Source: an uncultured Bdellovibrionales bacterium
GTDB lineage: Bacteria; Bdellovibrionota; UBA1018; CAIPTA01
Length of the DNA: 64,000 bases
Direction: 5' to 3'
NCBI GenBank assembly: GCA_964416595.1
Contig: CAYQES010000003.1
Coordinates: 1,419-65,418 of the forward strand
A model generated the notes under the pieces. It had not been told where the DNA came from. It saw only the letters and a list, made by a program, of their open reading frames with translations, and did not search any database. Shown here one piece after another: positions 49,018 through 58,552 of the stretch. A program made the position numbers and the translations under genes. Position 1 is the first letter of the stretch. Each line of letters opens with the position of its first letter.

Positions 49018-49551
49018 CTAGCGCAGTTTCAACACCATCTCGCTATCATCGATCGATTGTCCAAACACCCGGAACAAATCCCGGCTCGTGCCCACCAACT
49101 GAAAGCCAAATTTTTTATACAGCGCCTTGGCGGGAATATTGTTTTCAAATACGCACAAACTAACCCAATCAAGAGAAGGTTGCGCCCGGGCCCAGCCTAA
49201 CGCTTCTTCCATGAGTTTCGACCCCCAACCCCGCCCTCGCACGGAACGCTCCATGCCCATGGCTAATAAGCAACGGTGCAAGGAAGTTTGAAGAGGTGGG
49301 TGATGTATTAGGGTGATTTCGCCAAAAACCTCCTTTTCGTCGGTCAAGATCCAGAACCTTCGCCAACCGATTTCGGTGACTGGCTTTAAAAGGGACTCCA
49401 TCTGTTTCGGAAAATCTTCTTCTTTAATCGCACGCTCCTCCTCTTGGAGAGCAAAAATAAAATCCCCATCCCGACCATTCTCCCGGGAATGGCGAAGCTC
49501 GTGACGGGCCAACATCATGAGATCAGCAGCTTGTAAGGGGCGGATGTGCAT
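49018..49551 (-). CDS. GNAT-family N-acetyltransferase
   Basis: Motif A RGRGWGSKLMEEAL, 177 aa. Confidence 0.8.
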   Translation of the reverse strand: MHIRPLQAADLMMLARHELRHSRENGRDGDFIFALQEEERAIKEEDFPKQMESLLKPVTEIGWRRFWILTDEKEVFGEITLIHHPPLQTSLHRCLLAMGMERSVRGRGWGSKLMEEALGWARAQPSLDWVSLCVFENNIPAKALYKKFGFQLVGTSRDLFRVFGQSIDDSEMVLKLR

Positions 49552-49606
49552 AGAAAACTCTTATCTTTGGTCTAGAGAGAAGTCATAGGTATAATAATAA
49601 TGACTC

Positions 49607-50640
49607 TTGGATTCACAGAGCCAGTGCAACTCGCTTACCGTTAAAGACCTCAAAAGGGGTAAGGTAGTCAAGAACCTTTCGAGGGCGATGATTTAGCCAG
49701 TTCTCTAAAGCAGGCAGATTTATGGTTTCAAGGTCGGTATCGGATTTAATAAATCGCCTAATAACGCCAATCGTATTCTCAATGGTTCCTCTTTGATAAG
49801 GAGAGCCCGGATCGCAAAAGTATATTTCGCAGCCAATGTTTTCTCGCGATCTAAACTCTGAACCGCAGTCGTTCGTAATACTCAATTTAGGCTTAGCATC
49901 TAGTAACCTTTTCGTAGCCTCTTGGGTTTCTGCCGAGTTTGGCGCACACAACTTGGAGAGAACGGTGAATCTTGATTTGCGATCAGTACAAGCTAGAAGT
50001 GGCTCACGCCTTTTTGCATACATTAGATCCCGCTCCCAATGTCCAATTTCGCTTCTATTGTTACTGCCCTCGGGTCGAGACTTGATGTTTTTCCACCATT
50101 TGGGCCTAGGGCCGTTGTGGGTATTATAGATCCTCGGATATCGACGGCCTTTATAGAGAAGATATTGCTTAAAAACAGAGTGTCGCTTGATGAAGCGATA
50201 AATTGTCATTGCCGATAAATCTTCGTGTTTTTCGAGAGCTATCCTGCCTGCAATGAGCTCCGGGCTCCAGCCCCTTTTAAGCCATTGGCAAACGACTTCT
50301 TTATAGCGCTCCTCAACTTTTAATTTTCTTCGGCAGTTTTGTCGAAAACGTTTTCTGGCCAGGCAATGGGCAGGATCGCTTTGATAAACTGGTTCTGAGT
50401 AGCAGCTTTTTTTAACTGAATTTCGCTTAAGTTCCCGATAAATAGTAGATTTATGTCGATTGAGCGATTTTGCAATATGTAAAACGGCCATTTTTTCTTG
50501 CAAAAGAACGAAAATCTGGCACCTTTCGGCGTAGGTCACCCTTGAGTACTTCACGGTACAACTCCTTAAAATTGGTTTTTGGCGAAATTGTTTTTAGGAC
50601 AAGGGTGTCCTTTTTTCAATTTCTAGGAGTTGCACTGGCT
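49607..50640. mobile_element. IS30-family insertion sequence (~1.03 kb) with terminal inverted repeats AGCCAGTGCAACTC
   Basis: Left end ...acagAGCCAGTGCAACTC (about 49609-49622); right end GAGTTGCACTGGCTacgt (about 50625-50638). A single transposase ORF lies inside. Confidence 0.7.
49613..50554 (-). CDS. IS30-family DDE transposase
   Basis: N-terminal HTH plus C-terminal DDE region (GHWERDLM ... conserved IS30 core). GTG start. Confidence 0.85.
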   Translation of the reverse strand: MKYSRVTYAERCQIFVLLQEKMAVLHIAKSLNRHKSTIYRELKRNSVKKSCYSEPVYQSDPAHCLARKRFRQNCRRKLKVEERYKEVVCQWLKRGWSPELIAGRIALEKHEDLSAMTIYRFIKRHSVFKQYLLYKGRRYPRIYNTHNGPRPKWWKNIKSRPEGSNNRSEIGHWERDLMYAKRREPLLACTDRKSRFTVLSKLCAPNSAETQEATKRLLDAKPKLSITNDCGSEFRSRENIGCEIYFCDPGSPYQRGTIENTIGVIRRFIKSDTDLETINLPALENWLNHRPRKVLDYLTPFEVFNGKRVALAL

Positions 50641-50654
50641 ACGTAAATTCAAGA

Positions 50655-50683
50655 CTTCGGCGCCGGACAAGCGGCGCGTTAAA
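50655..50683. repeat. REP-like element, copy 7
   Basis: cttcggcgccggacaagcggcgcgttaa, about 17 nt outside the IS30 right inverted repeat. Confidence 0.7.
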
Positions 50684-50803
50684 TCCACAACCTAACTTTC
50701 AGACACGCTCAATTTTTATCCCACCTACTTTGCCCGTGCAAAGTAATGAGTCTCAAGATGACCGCCCCCCACGTCCATGCTAAGCTGCCTCTTGAGGTAA
50801 TTT

Positions 50804-52021
50804 ATGCGCAGCAATAACACCTATATGAAGTTCATCCTTGTGCTAGCTCTGCTAGGAATTTTTGTCTCCGGCTGGCTGCTCTCGGTGCACATTAAATTCT
50901 CCACGGGCCAAGCGGGGCTCACGGAAACTTGCTTCATTCCCGGCATCGGCTCCACGGAAGGCTGCGCCAATATCGCGATCTCCAATTACTCGGCCATCTT
51001 CGGCGTGCCCCTCGCGGCCATCGCCATGGGTTTTTACTTCACACTTTTTTTGCTCGTGTTCTGGGCCATGCGCAACTACCAGATGGCCTATGAAGCCCTC
51101 TATGTGAGCTTCTTTCTTTCCACGCTATCGATTGTTGTAACGGTAACGATGTTTGTGATTGCCCGTTATATATTAAAAAGTTTTTGTTTGGGTTGCAGCG
51201 CCCTCTGGGTGATCAATCTCCTCATTTGGCCTTGCTTTGTGAAACACCTAAATCTCTCCTGGGGCAATGCGCTTGCGGCAAACCTGGAGCTCTTTCGTTC
51301 GAAAGCTCTTCAGCTCAAAAAAGAACGGATCATCTCAAGTTTTGTGACCGGGGGAATCTGCCTCCTCGTGTTCTCCGTGATTGGAGCCGCCGCCAAGGGC
51401 CTCCAAGGCAACGAAGCCCGTATCGAGAGCACTTCAATCTTGCAAGAGTATAACGATGCCGTGCAAACCTTCCTGCCCGCGGAAGCCGTGGGAGGGCCCA
51501 GCTCCAAAGGCCAAGCCAATGCTCCCGTGATGGAGATTATTGAGCTTGCGGATTTCCAGTGCCCGGGTTGTAAAGTGGCTTCGCAATTTTTAAAACCTTT
51601 TGTGATGAAACATGGAGATAAAGTGCGGGTTACCTACCGTAACTTTCCGCTCGACGGCAGCTGTAATTCCTTCGTGCCTAATGGCGGCCACCATATGGCT
51701 TGCTCCGCGGCCCGCTCTGCCATTTGCGCTGGCCAACAGGGAAAATTCTGGGATATGCATGATTTGATTTTTGACAACCAAGAATCCCTTTCTCCGGCCC
51801 TTCTGGAAGAACTGGCCACAAAAGCCGGGCTCGATACAACCAAATGGGCTGCTTGCTTAAAAGATCCGCAAACGGAACTGCAGTTACAAAAAGAAATCCA
51901 GTGGGGTGAACAAGTGCAATTGCAATCAACACCCACGATCATCATCAATGGCCGTCGTTTGATTGGCGCCCGCTCGCCCCAAGATTTGGAAACGCTCCTC
52001 AAAACTTTGGAAAAGAAATAG
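50804..52021 (+). CDS. VKOR-domain (vitamin K epoxide reductase-like) membrane protein fused to a DsbA-like thioredoxin domain
   Basis: N-terminal 5 TM segments with Cys pairs (CANIA..., LGCSALW); C-terminal thioredoxin fold with CPGC. Confidence 0.65.
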   Translation: MRSNNTYMKFILVLALLGIFVSGWLLSVHIKFSTGQAGLTETCFIPGIGSTEGCANIAISNYSAIFGVPLAAIAMGFYFTLFLLVFWAMRNYQMAYEALYVSFFLSTLSIVVTVTMFVIARYILKSFCLGCSALWVINLLIWPCFVKHLNLSWGNALAANLELFRSKALQLKKERIISSFVTGGICLLVFSVIGAAAKGLQGNEARIESTSILQEYNDAVQTFLPAEAVGGPSSKGQANAPVMEIIELADFQCPGCKVASQFLKPFVMKHGDKVRVTYRNFPLDGSCNSFVPNGGHHMACSAARSAICAGQQGKFWDMHDLIFDNQESLSPALLEELATKAGLDTTKWAACLKDPQTELQLQKEIQWGEQVQLQSTPTIIINGRRLIGARSPQDLETLLKTLEKK

Positions 52022-52821
52022 TGCTGATCGACAGCCACGCCCACCTAGACTACGAGTACGAACACAGCACCGAAGAACTTCTTCGCCAAGCGGCCGATAT
52101 GGGCGTGAAAACCGTGATCGCCATTGCCGCCGCGGCCCCCTCGTTACATAAAGTGCGGGAGCTCGCCGAACGTTTTCCTAATGTGTATTTCACTTCGGGC
52201 ATCCATCCCCATGATTCGGGGGATTTTAATGGAGAAATTTTTAGCCTCATTAAAACCCTAGCCACTCACCCAAAGTGCGTGGCCGTGGGCGAATTAGGTT
52301 TAGATTATTTTTATCACCATGCGAGCCAACAACTGCAGTTCCAAGCCCTGGAAGCGCAACTTGCCTTCTCCGCGGAAATCGGTAAACCCGTGGTGGTGCA
52401 CACGCGGGATGCAGACGCAGATACAATTCGCTTCCTGGAAACTCACTCTAAAGAATTCTTGCGCCGACATCCCGGGAAAATTCCGGGTGTGATTCATTGT
52501 TTTACGGGAAGCGCCAATCTTGCGGAAGCCTGCTTGCAGCTTGGATATTTTATTTCTTTTTCCGGGATCATCACGTTTAAAAACGCGGAAGATCTACGGA
52601 ACGTGGTGCAAAATATTGTGCCGCTAGAAAAAATGTTGGTGGAAACCGACTCGCCTTTTCTCACCCCAGCCCCCCACCGGGGCAAAAAAAATCAGCCGGG
52701 CTATACACGCCTCGTGGCCGAAAAAGTGGCGGAGCTGAAAAATGTAACTCTAGCCACAGTGGCGCAAACCACTAAGGCCAATACCCGCCAGCTTTTTTCC
52801 TTGCCGGAAATTCCTGACTAA
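52021..52821 (+). CDS. tatD: TatD-family metal-dependent deoxyribonuclease/hydrolase
   Basis: LIDSHAHLD, HTRDA, GVIHCFTG, ETDSPFL motifs. Confidence 0.85.
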   Translation: MLIDSHAHLDYEYEHSTEELLRQAADMGVKTVIAIAAAAPSLHKVRELAERFPNVYFTSGIHPHDSGDFNGEIFSLIKTLATHPKCVAVGELGLDYFYHHASQQLQFQALEAQLAFSAEIGKPVVVHTRDADADTIRFLETHSKEFLRRHPGKIPGVIHCFTGSANLAEACLQLGYFISFSGIITFKNAEDLRNVVQNIVPLEKMLVETDSPFLTPAPHRGKKNQPGYTRLVAEKVAELKNVTLATVAQTTKANTRQLFSLPEIPD

Positions 52822-52828
52822 GAGATCC

Positions 52829-54730
52829 ATGGAAAGCCCCGCTAAAATTCCTTGGCTTAGTGCTGGCGGAATCGCCCGGATGCTATTAGCCACCGTAGCA
52901 CTTTATACTGTGGTGGCTCTTGCGAGCGCTGCCTATTTTAATCCGGCCCAAGGGCGGCCGCTGCATTTGTACTTTCAAGCGGTGATAGTGGTAGCGTGCG
53001 GATTGAGCGTCTATTCGTTAAAAGAGCTCTCCTTTTCTTCGAAAAAAATCCAAGCTTCTGGCTGTATTCTTTTCCTGCTCGGCGCGCTCTCCTGGTTTTT
53101 GTACCGAAAAGAATTTTTGCTTACCTATTCGCCCTGGTTTGATGAAATCACCCAATTCTTCCAATACCAACCCGCTCCTATAGATGAAACCCTCCACGCA
53201 GCCCTACAGCAACAACCTCCACTAGATTACACCTTCTCCGCCTTTGCCCGGCATATATACGGCGTCTCGGAAATTTCCATGGTCTCCCATGCTGTGGCGT
53301 TTAGTATGCTCAGCCAAGTAGTTCTTCTCCTTTGGCTGCGGCTCGTGCAATTACCGGTGCTGCTTGCGCCTCTACCACTCCTCCTCTTTGCCGCCCAAGG
53401 CACATTGCTAAGATATAGCAGTGAGGCTCGTCCGATTTCTTTGGCCATATTTTTTTCGTCTTTGAGTCTATTTTTTCTCTATGAACGAATTAAAAAGAAA
53501 ACCAGTGTGCTACCGCTGCTCGCCGCCGCCATTTTTTTCTTTTATTCAAATGGATTGCAGCCCCATTTTTTTCTGTTATTCATGGCTCTGGCTTTTTTGC
53601 CTTGGTCTTTGCTAGTGAGTTCGAAAAAAGAAGCACTATTAACCTTCTCCGCCTTTTTTCTCTTACCTACTCTCCTATTCCTACCCAATCTTTATGAAAT
53701 TTATGTGGAATGCGTTCGCTACGCCCAATTCCACGGCGAAAACCATTTCCAACATTGGCTAATAGCCATAATGAATATCAAACTCTCAGCGCTTCGGGCT
53801 TATTGGGGAAGTTTCCATCCTGTCCAATTTCTCCTGCTCTTGCCACTACTTACTTTAGCGCTCGGGATTAAAAATAAATCCAAAACATTATTGGCTATAA
53901 GCCTGGGCACTTTCGTTTTTCTTTTTTTCTACCCCCTTGCCTTCCAGATCTTTTGGGCCACGATCAATTGGGGTTTGCGCCGCCATTATTTTTCCACTTG
54001 GATTTCTGGCAGTATCTTTTTACTGACCCTGCATTTAGCTTGGCAGGCAAGAACCCTAACAAGCTCTAAGATAAAACTGGCGGCTCTCCCCCTTTTAGCC
54101 GCTACTTTTTTCTATTTGCATTTTTATTTTGTGCCTGCGCAGCAAGATATGGTGAATGTAAGAGGACGTGTTCATCCGGACTGGCGAGTGTTAGATGCCT
54201 TAGGGAAAAAAGCCAAACAGCCTGCATACTTCTTACAGATCCCCTTTGATTTTCTCTCCTCCTCTAAAGATCATGACCATGTGGGCGATTTATACCCACA
54301 CACAAAAAACCTAAAACTCGGCTCTTGCCCTGATTTTGGCCGCTATCGTCTGCAACCAGAATTTCGTCAATTGCATGGCGGTTTGATTTTATACGCAAAA
54401 ATGCGTAAAGAAATTCGTTCGCAAATTCTGCCGCGTCTGCAACCGCTCACAAAAGAGATCATAGAAATGAATGAGAATTTTGTAGCCTTCACCGTACAAA
54501 ACGAAAAATCCGTGATGGAAAATATCGAAACGATCTACCAAGCCATTCTCGCGGCTTACCCCAACCAACCAGAAAATCTGTTCTTGCTGGCTGGCCTCTT
54601 GGAATTAGCCCAAGAGGAAAAGAGGCCAGTAGGAAAAATCCTTAGCCAAATACAGGCACTCCAAGAAAAAGAGCCCGAGGTGCAACGTTATCTGCAGCTA
54701 GCGCCAAAGCCTGCGGCCACCGCGCAATAG
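52829..54730 (+). CDS. large polytopic membrane protein (about 13 TM segments) with a soluble C-terminal domain
   Basis: Hydrophobicity pattern only. It could be a glycosyltransferase-39 / ArnT-like or ligase-like fold, but this is unproven. Confidence 0.5.
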   Translation: MESPAKIPWLSAGGIARMLLATVALYTVVALASAAYFNPAQGRPLHLYFQAVIVVACGLSVYSLKELSFSSKKIQASGCILFLLGALSWFLYRKEFLLTYSPWFDEITQFFQYQPAPIDETLHAALQQQPPLDYTFSAFARHIYGVSEISMVSHAVAFSMLSQVVLLLWLRLVQLPVLLAPLPLLLFAAQGTLLRYSSEARPISLAIFFSSLSLFFLYERIKKKTSVLPLLAAAIFFFYSNGLQPHFFLLFMALAFLPWSLLVSSKKEALLTFSAFFLLPTLLFLPNLYEIYVECVRYAQFHGENHFQHWLIAIMNIKLSALRAYWGSFHPVQFLLLLPLLTLALGIKNKSKTLLAISLGTFVFLFFYPLAFQIFWATINWGLRRHYFSTWISGSIFLLTLHLAWQARTLTSSKIKLAALPLLAATFFYLHFYFVPAQQDMVNVRGRVHPDWRVLDALGKKAKQPAYFLQIPFDFLSSSKDHDHVGDLYPHTKNLKLGSCPDFGRYRLQPEFRQLHGGLILYAKMRKEIRSQILPRLQPLTKEIIEMNENFVAFTVQNEKSVMENIETIYQAILAAYPNQPENLFLLAGLLELAQEEKRPVGKILSQIQALQEKEPEVQRYLQLAPKPAATAQ

Positions 54731-55579
54731 TGCGCCCCAGCCTAGGGTCCATATCAATAGACCCGGCAAAAAAGCCCACCACACGCCCACAGCCAAAAGC
54801 AGTTGCAAGGCACCTAAGCCCAGTAAAAACCCCCAAGGATGCAAGTTTTCTCCGGGCCGGGCAGGAAAAAAACGGTGCCCGATCCACAGGCCCGCAGCTA
54901 AATAAGAAATCACTCCTCCCAGCAATAAAAAAAGGAAATAAATTGGCAGCAAAAAAATCCCCAAAATGGAAATCACCAAGAGAACAAAAAAGACCGGCAC
55001 CACAAGGGAGCCAAACAAACCCACAAAAAGATTTTTAGGCCACTCCCGCATTAGCCTTCCCGCCGTGAGGCCTTGAAGTGAGGGAAAAAAACCAAATAGG
55101 AAAAGTCCAAAGCCCCAAAGCACCAGCCATAGAAGCGCCGCAGCAAAAACTTTGGCGATCCAATGGATATTATCCCGCCAAAAAAGAGCCGTGGATCGGA
55201 TAATCCGCCAAAAAGGACCCGGCGCTTGGTACACCACGCTTTCAGGCGCTACTTGGGAGCCCGGTTTACTTTCAAAGGATCCGCCCACCACCACCAGGGT
55301 TTTGGTGAGCTTGGCCGTAGGCTCAAACACCACTTTCCCCGATACCACCACCACTTCTTCCACCTGGCCATGCACCGTGAGGTTTCCCCAAAGGAGCACT
55401 ACGGTGCCATACACTTCACCGGGCTCAATCACCGCCTCTTCGGCACCCAACAGCAAATTGCCTTCTTTGGAATCAATGATCCGAAAAGCATTAGGGGAGG
55501 TAGTGAAAGCATCCGCAGAAAAGGGAAACAACAAACAGAAAAAAAGAATATATTTAAACATATCCTCTCTTAGCATCAT
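54698..55579 (-). CDS. membrane protein with an N-terminal bactofilin-like (beta-helical repeat) domain and a C-terminal TM bundle
   Basis: VVVVSGKVVFEPTAKLTKTLVVVGGSFESKPGSQV-type repeats followed by 4-5 TM segments. The 3-prime end overlaps the convergent gene by ~33 nt. Confidence 0.4.
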   Translation of the reverse strand: MMLREDMFKYILFFCLLFPFSADAFTTSPNAFRIIDSKEGNLLLGAEEAVIEPGEVYGTVVLLWGNLTVHGQVEEVVVVSGKVVFEPTAKLTKTLVVVGGSFESKPGSQVAPESVVYQAPGPFWRIIRSTALFWRDNIHWIAKVFAAALLWLVLWGFGLFLFGFFPSLQGLTAGRLMREWPKNLFVGLFGSLVVPVFFVLLVISILGIFLLPIYFLFLLLGGVISYLAAGLWIGHRFFPARPGENLHPWGFLLGLGALQLLLAVGVWWAFLPGLLIWTLGWGALLRGGRRLWR

Positions 55580-55638
55580 CCCTATTCTAATGGCTAGGCA
55601 TTGCTCAGAGCTTTTAAGTAAGGTATCAAAATCTATCC

Positions 55639-56796
55639 ATGAAACGTAGCTCCCTCTTGGTCATCTTCTTAGTGGTCTTTTTTGACCTCCTGGCATTCGG
55701 GATTGTGATCCCAATCTTGCCCTATTATTCCAAAACCTTTGGCGCCAATGCTTTTGCTTTAGGTTGGTTAATGGCGATTTTCAGTATCACTCAATTTTTA
55801 TTTTCACCCTTGTGGGGAAGCCTTTCGGATCGCATTGGCCGCCGCCCCGTGCTGCTATTCACGATCTTAGGTGGAGCCGCTTGCATGGTGGCCACCGCTT
55901 TAGCGGGAAGTTTTTGGCTATTGTTCTTAGCTCGGCTTTTGGCAGGAATTTTTGGAGCGAATATTTCTACGGCCACCGCTTATATCGCCGATATCACAGG
56001 CCCAGCGGATCGAGCCAAAGGTATGGGCATTATTGGCGCAGGTTACGGGCTCGGATTTATTTTTGGCCCCGCTCTCGGCGGAGTGCTATCGGTGCATGGC
56101 TATAGTGTGCCGATTTTAGTGGCTGCAGGTTTGGGACTCGCAAACTTCTTTTTTGCATATTTTGTGTTGGCCGAATCACGCTCATCCACGGCAGAGAAAA
56201 CTAGTAAAAAGTTTTCTTTGCCAGCCTTACGCCTCACTCTAGCTCAAAGCGCCACAGCCATTCCGGTGGGATTATTTTTCTTAAGCACGCTAGCTTTCAC
56301 ACAATTAGAAGTAGTGTTCGGACTCTTTGTGCTCGGAAAATTCGGCTTTGGCGCAAAAGACGCCGGTTGGCTGCTGGCCGGCATAGGTTTTGTGAGTGCT
56401 CTTCTACAAGGCGGTTTGATCGGGCGCTTAACAAAAAGATTTGGCGAGAAGAATTTGTTGGCCGCAGGCTTTTTCTTTTTCTTCCTCGCTCTAGGTGGCT
56501 CGGCCTTGGCGCTTTCCATTACTTTTTTTACCATTTCTTTGTTGGGCATCGCCATTGGCAATGGCTTAGTGAATCCCTCACTCTCAAGTTTAGTTTCCAA
56601 GGCCGCTCCTGAAGAAAACCGGGGCATGATTATGGGAATCTACCAGAGCGCAGGATCTATGGCGCGAGTGGTTGGCCCACTCCTGGCTGGCTTATTATTT
56701 GATCGCCTTAGCCCCGAGACTCCGCTCTTCCTTTCTAGCATACTCATGGCTCTAGCATTCCTTGCTGCTTTGGCCGCAAAGAGGAGACTTGCGTGA
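55639..56796 (+). CDS. MFS transporter
   Basis: 12 TM segments with MFS motif A (GSLSDRIGRRPVLL). Confidence 0.8.
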   Translation: MKRSSLLVIFLVVFFDLLAFGIVIPILPYYSKTFGANAFALGWLMAIFSITQFLFSPLWGSLSDRIGRRPVLLFTILGGAACMVATALAGSFWLLFLARLLAGIFGANISTATAYIADITGPADRAKGMGIIGAGYGLGFIFGPALGGVLSVHGYSVPILVAAGLGLANFFFAYFVLAESRSSTAEKTSKKFSLPALRLTLAQSATAIPVGLFFLSTLAFTQLEVVFGLFVLGKFGFGAKDAGWLLAGIGFVSALLQGGLIGRLTKRFGEKNLLAAGFFFFFLALGGSALALSITFFTISLLGIAIGNGLVNPSLSSLVSKAAPEENRGMIMGIYQSAGSMARVVGPLLAGLLFDRLSPETPLFLSSILMALAFLAALAAKRRLA

Positions 56797-57809
56797 GCTT
56801 TCCCGAACTTGTTTTTTTTGAGAGCTTATTGGAATCCTTAAATGGCAAGGGCCGCGTGCAACAACACGCCACGATTAAACACGGCACCGAAACATTTCCC
56901 ATTTATAGCGCAACTTTTGGTTCCGAAGATCCCCAAGCCCCCACTTTTGCTCTAGTGGGCGGAGTGCATGGCAAAGAAAAAATTGGCTCCCAGGTGGTAC
57001 TCTCCTATCTTGAAAGCTTGATTGAGCTCATGCATTGGGACGAAATCACCAACCAAGCCTTAGAAAAATCCCGAATCGTTTTTTTGCCCATTGTAAATCC
57101 TGTGGGCATGTTTCTTTTACGCCGAGGTAATGGCAATCGAGTGGATCTTATGCGCAATGCCCCCACGGAAAATGCCTCCCCTGTGGTACCGCTCTTAAGC
57201 GGGCAGCGCTTCTCCCCTTACCTGCCATGGTACCGGGGCGAAAAGGATGCTCCCATGGAAGCAGAAGCCCAAGTGCTCTGCAATCTCATGCGCCAAGAAC
57301 TTTTCCCAGCAAAGGTGAGCATTGCCATCGATTGCCACTCAGGCTACGGCTCCCTGGATCGTTTGTGGTTTCCCTACTGCCGCTCCCTAGAGCCCTATCC
57401 CGATATTGCGGAAGCTTATGCTTTACGAAATCTCATGGATAATACCTACCCCAACCATGTGTACCGCATGGAGCCGGGCTCCAAGGGCTATACGATCAAT
57501 GGTGATCTTTGGGATTATCTTTTTGACGAACATAAGGCCCTCTATGGCGAGAGCAAAAGATTTTTTCCTCTCACCTTGGAAATGGGTTCTTGGTTATGGC
57601 TGAAAAAAAATCCTATTCAATTGTTTTCTGCCATGGGTCTGTATCACCCGATGCACCTTCACCGTCATAAACGAATTTTGCGCCGGCACATTACACTTCT
57701 AGATTTTTTGCATAAAGCCGTGATCTCACCCGCGCAATGGGCTTTCCTCAATAGCGCCGCCAAAGCAGATTTACGTAAAGGCGCCTCTGACTACTGGTAC
57801 GAAGAGTGA
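56793..57809 (+). CDS. M14-like zinc carboxypeptidase / succinylglutamate desuccinylase-aspartoacylase superfamily protein
   Basis: GGVHGKEKIG (HGxE), VNPVGM, NGNRVDLMRNAP and IDCHSG zinc-ligand motifs. Confidence 0.55.
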   Translation: MSFPELVFFESLLESLNGKGRVQQHATIKHGTETFPIYSATFGSEDPQAPTFALVGGVHGKEKIGSQVVLSYLESLIELMHWDEITNQALEKSRIVFLPIVNPVGMFLLRRGNGNRVDLMRNAPTENASPVVPLLSGQRFSPYLPWYRGEKDAPMEAEAQVLCNLMRQELFPAKVSIAIDCHSGYGSLDRLWFPYCRSLEPYPDIAEAYALRNLMDNTYPNHVYRMEPGSKGYTINGDLWDYLFDEHKALYGESKRFFPLTLEMGSWLWLKKNPIQLFSAMGLYHPMHLHRHKRILRRHITLLDFLHKAVISPAQWAFLNSAAKADLRKGASDYWYEE

Positions 57810-58552
57810 ACACAGAAAAAACAGAAAATTGGTTTTTCATGCGGGGCCTAGTGCGGGAAGCGGGCCACTGGAGTGGGTTTTTAGAAAAATTCGCCGCCGC
57901 CTTTCCTCACCGCAATGTGATCGCTCTTGATACACCAGGAAATGGCCAACGGTTTCGAGAACCAAGCCCCTGCTCTATTCACGAAATGGCAGAAAAAGTG
58001 CGAGCAGAATTTCTGCAAACCCGCGGCCAAGAAAATTATCTTTTCGCTTTGTCCCTGGGCGCTATGGTGGGTTTGCAATGGATGCATAAATATCCCGATG
58101 ATTTTAAAAGTGCCGTGCTGGTGAATACTTCTTTAAAAGGAGTGTGCCCATTCTACCAACGCATGCTTCCGAAAAATTATGGAACTATTTTGCGAATGAT
58201 GTTTAGTAAAGATTTACTCTTTCGGGAAAAAAACATTCTCCGCATGACAAGCCAAAGGGCCAAACAATTCCCGCAACTCCCGCAGCATTGGGCAGATTTG
58301 CAAAAGAAACGGCCCGTGTCCTTGAAAAACGCCATTTCGCAGATCTTCGCAGCCGCCACTTTTCAACCGCCAGCAGAAAAACCCCGCACTAAAATTTTGC
58401 TCTTAAATAGCGCCCGGGATGAATTAGTGGCACCAAGCTGTTCGGAAAAGATTGCAAAATATTGGAATGTACCGCTGAAAACAAATCCACATGCTGGCCA
58501 TGATATCACGCTGGATGAACCTGAATGGGTGTTAGAGCAGTTACGCTTTTAA
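57806..58552 (+). CDS. alpha/beta-fold hydrolase
   Basis: Nucleophile elbow ALSLGAMVG (GxSxG), ~250 aa. Confidence 0.6.
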   Translation: MNTEKTENWFFMRGLVREAGHWSGFLEKFAAAFPHRNVIALDTPGNGQRFREPSPCSIHEMAEKVRAEFLQTRGQENYLFALSLGAMVGLQWMHKYPDDFKSAVLVNTSLKGVCPFYQRMLPKNYGTILRMMFSKDLLFREKNILRMTSQRAKQFPQLPQHWADLQKKRPVSLKNAISQIFAAATFQPPAEKPRTKILLLNSARDELVAPSCSEKIAKYWNVPLKTNPHAGHDITLDEPEWVLEQLRF

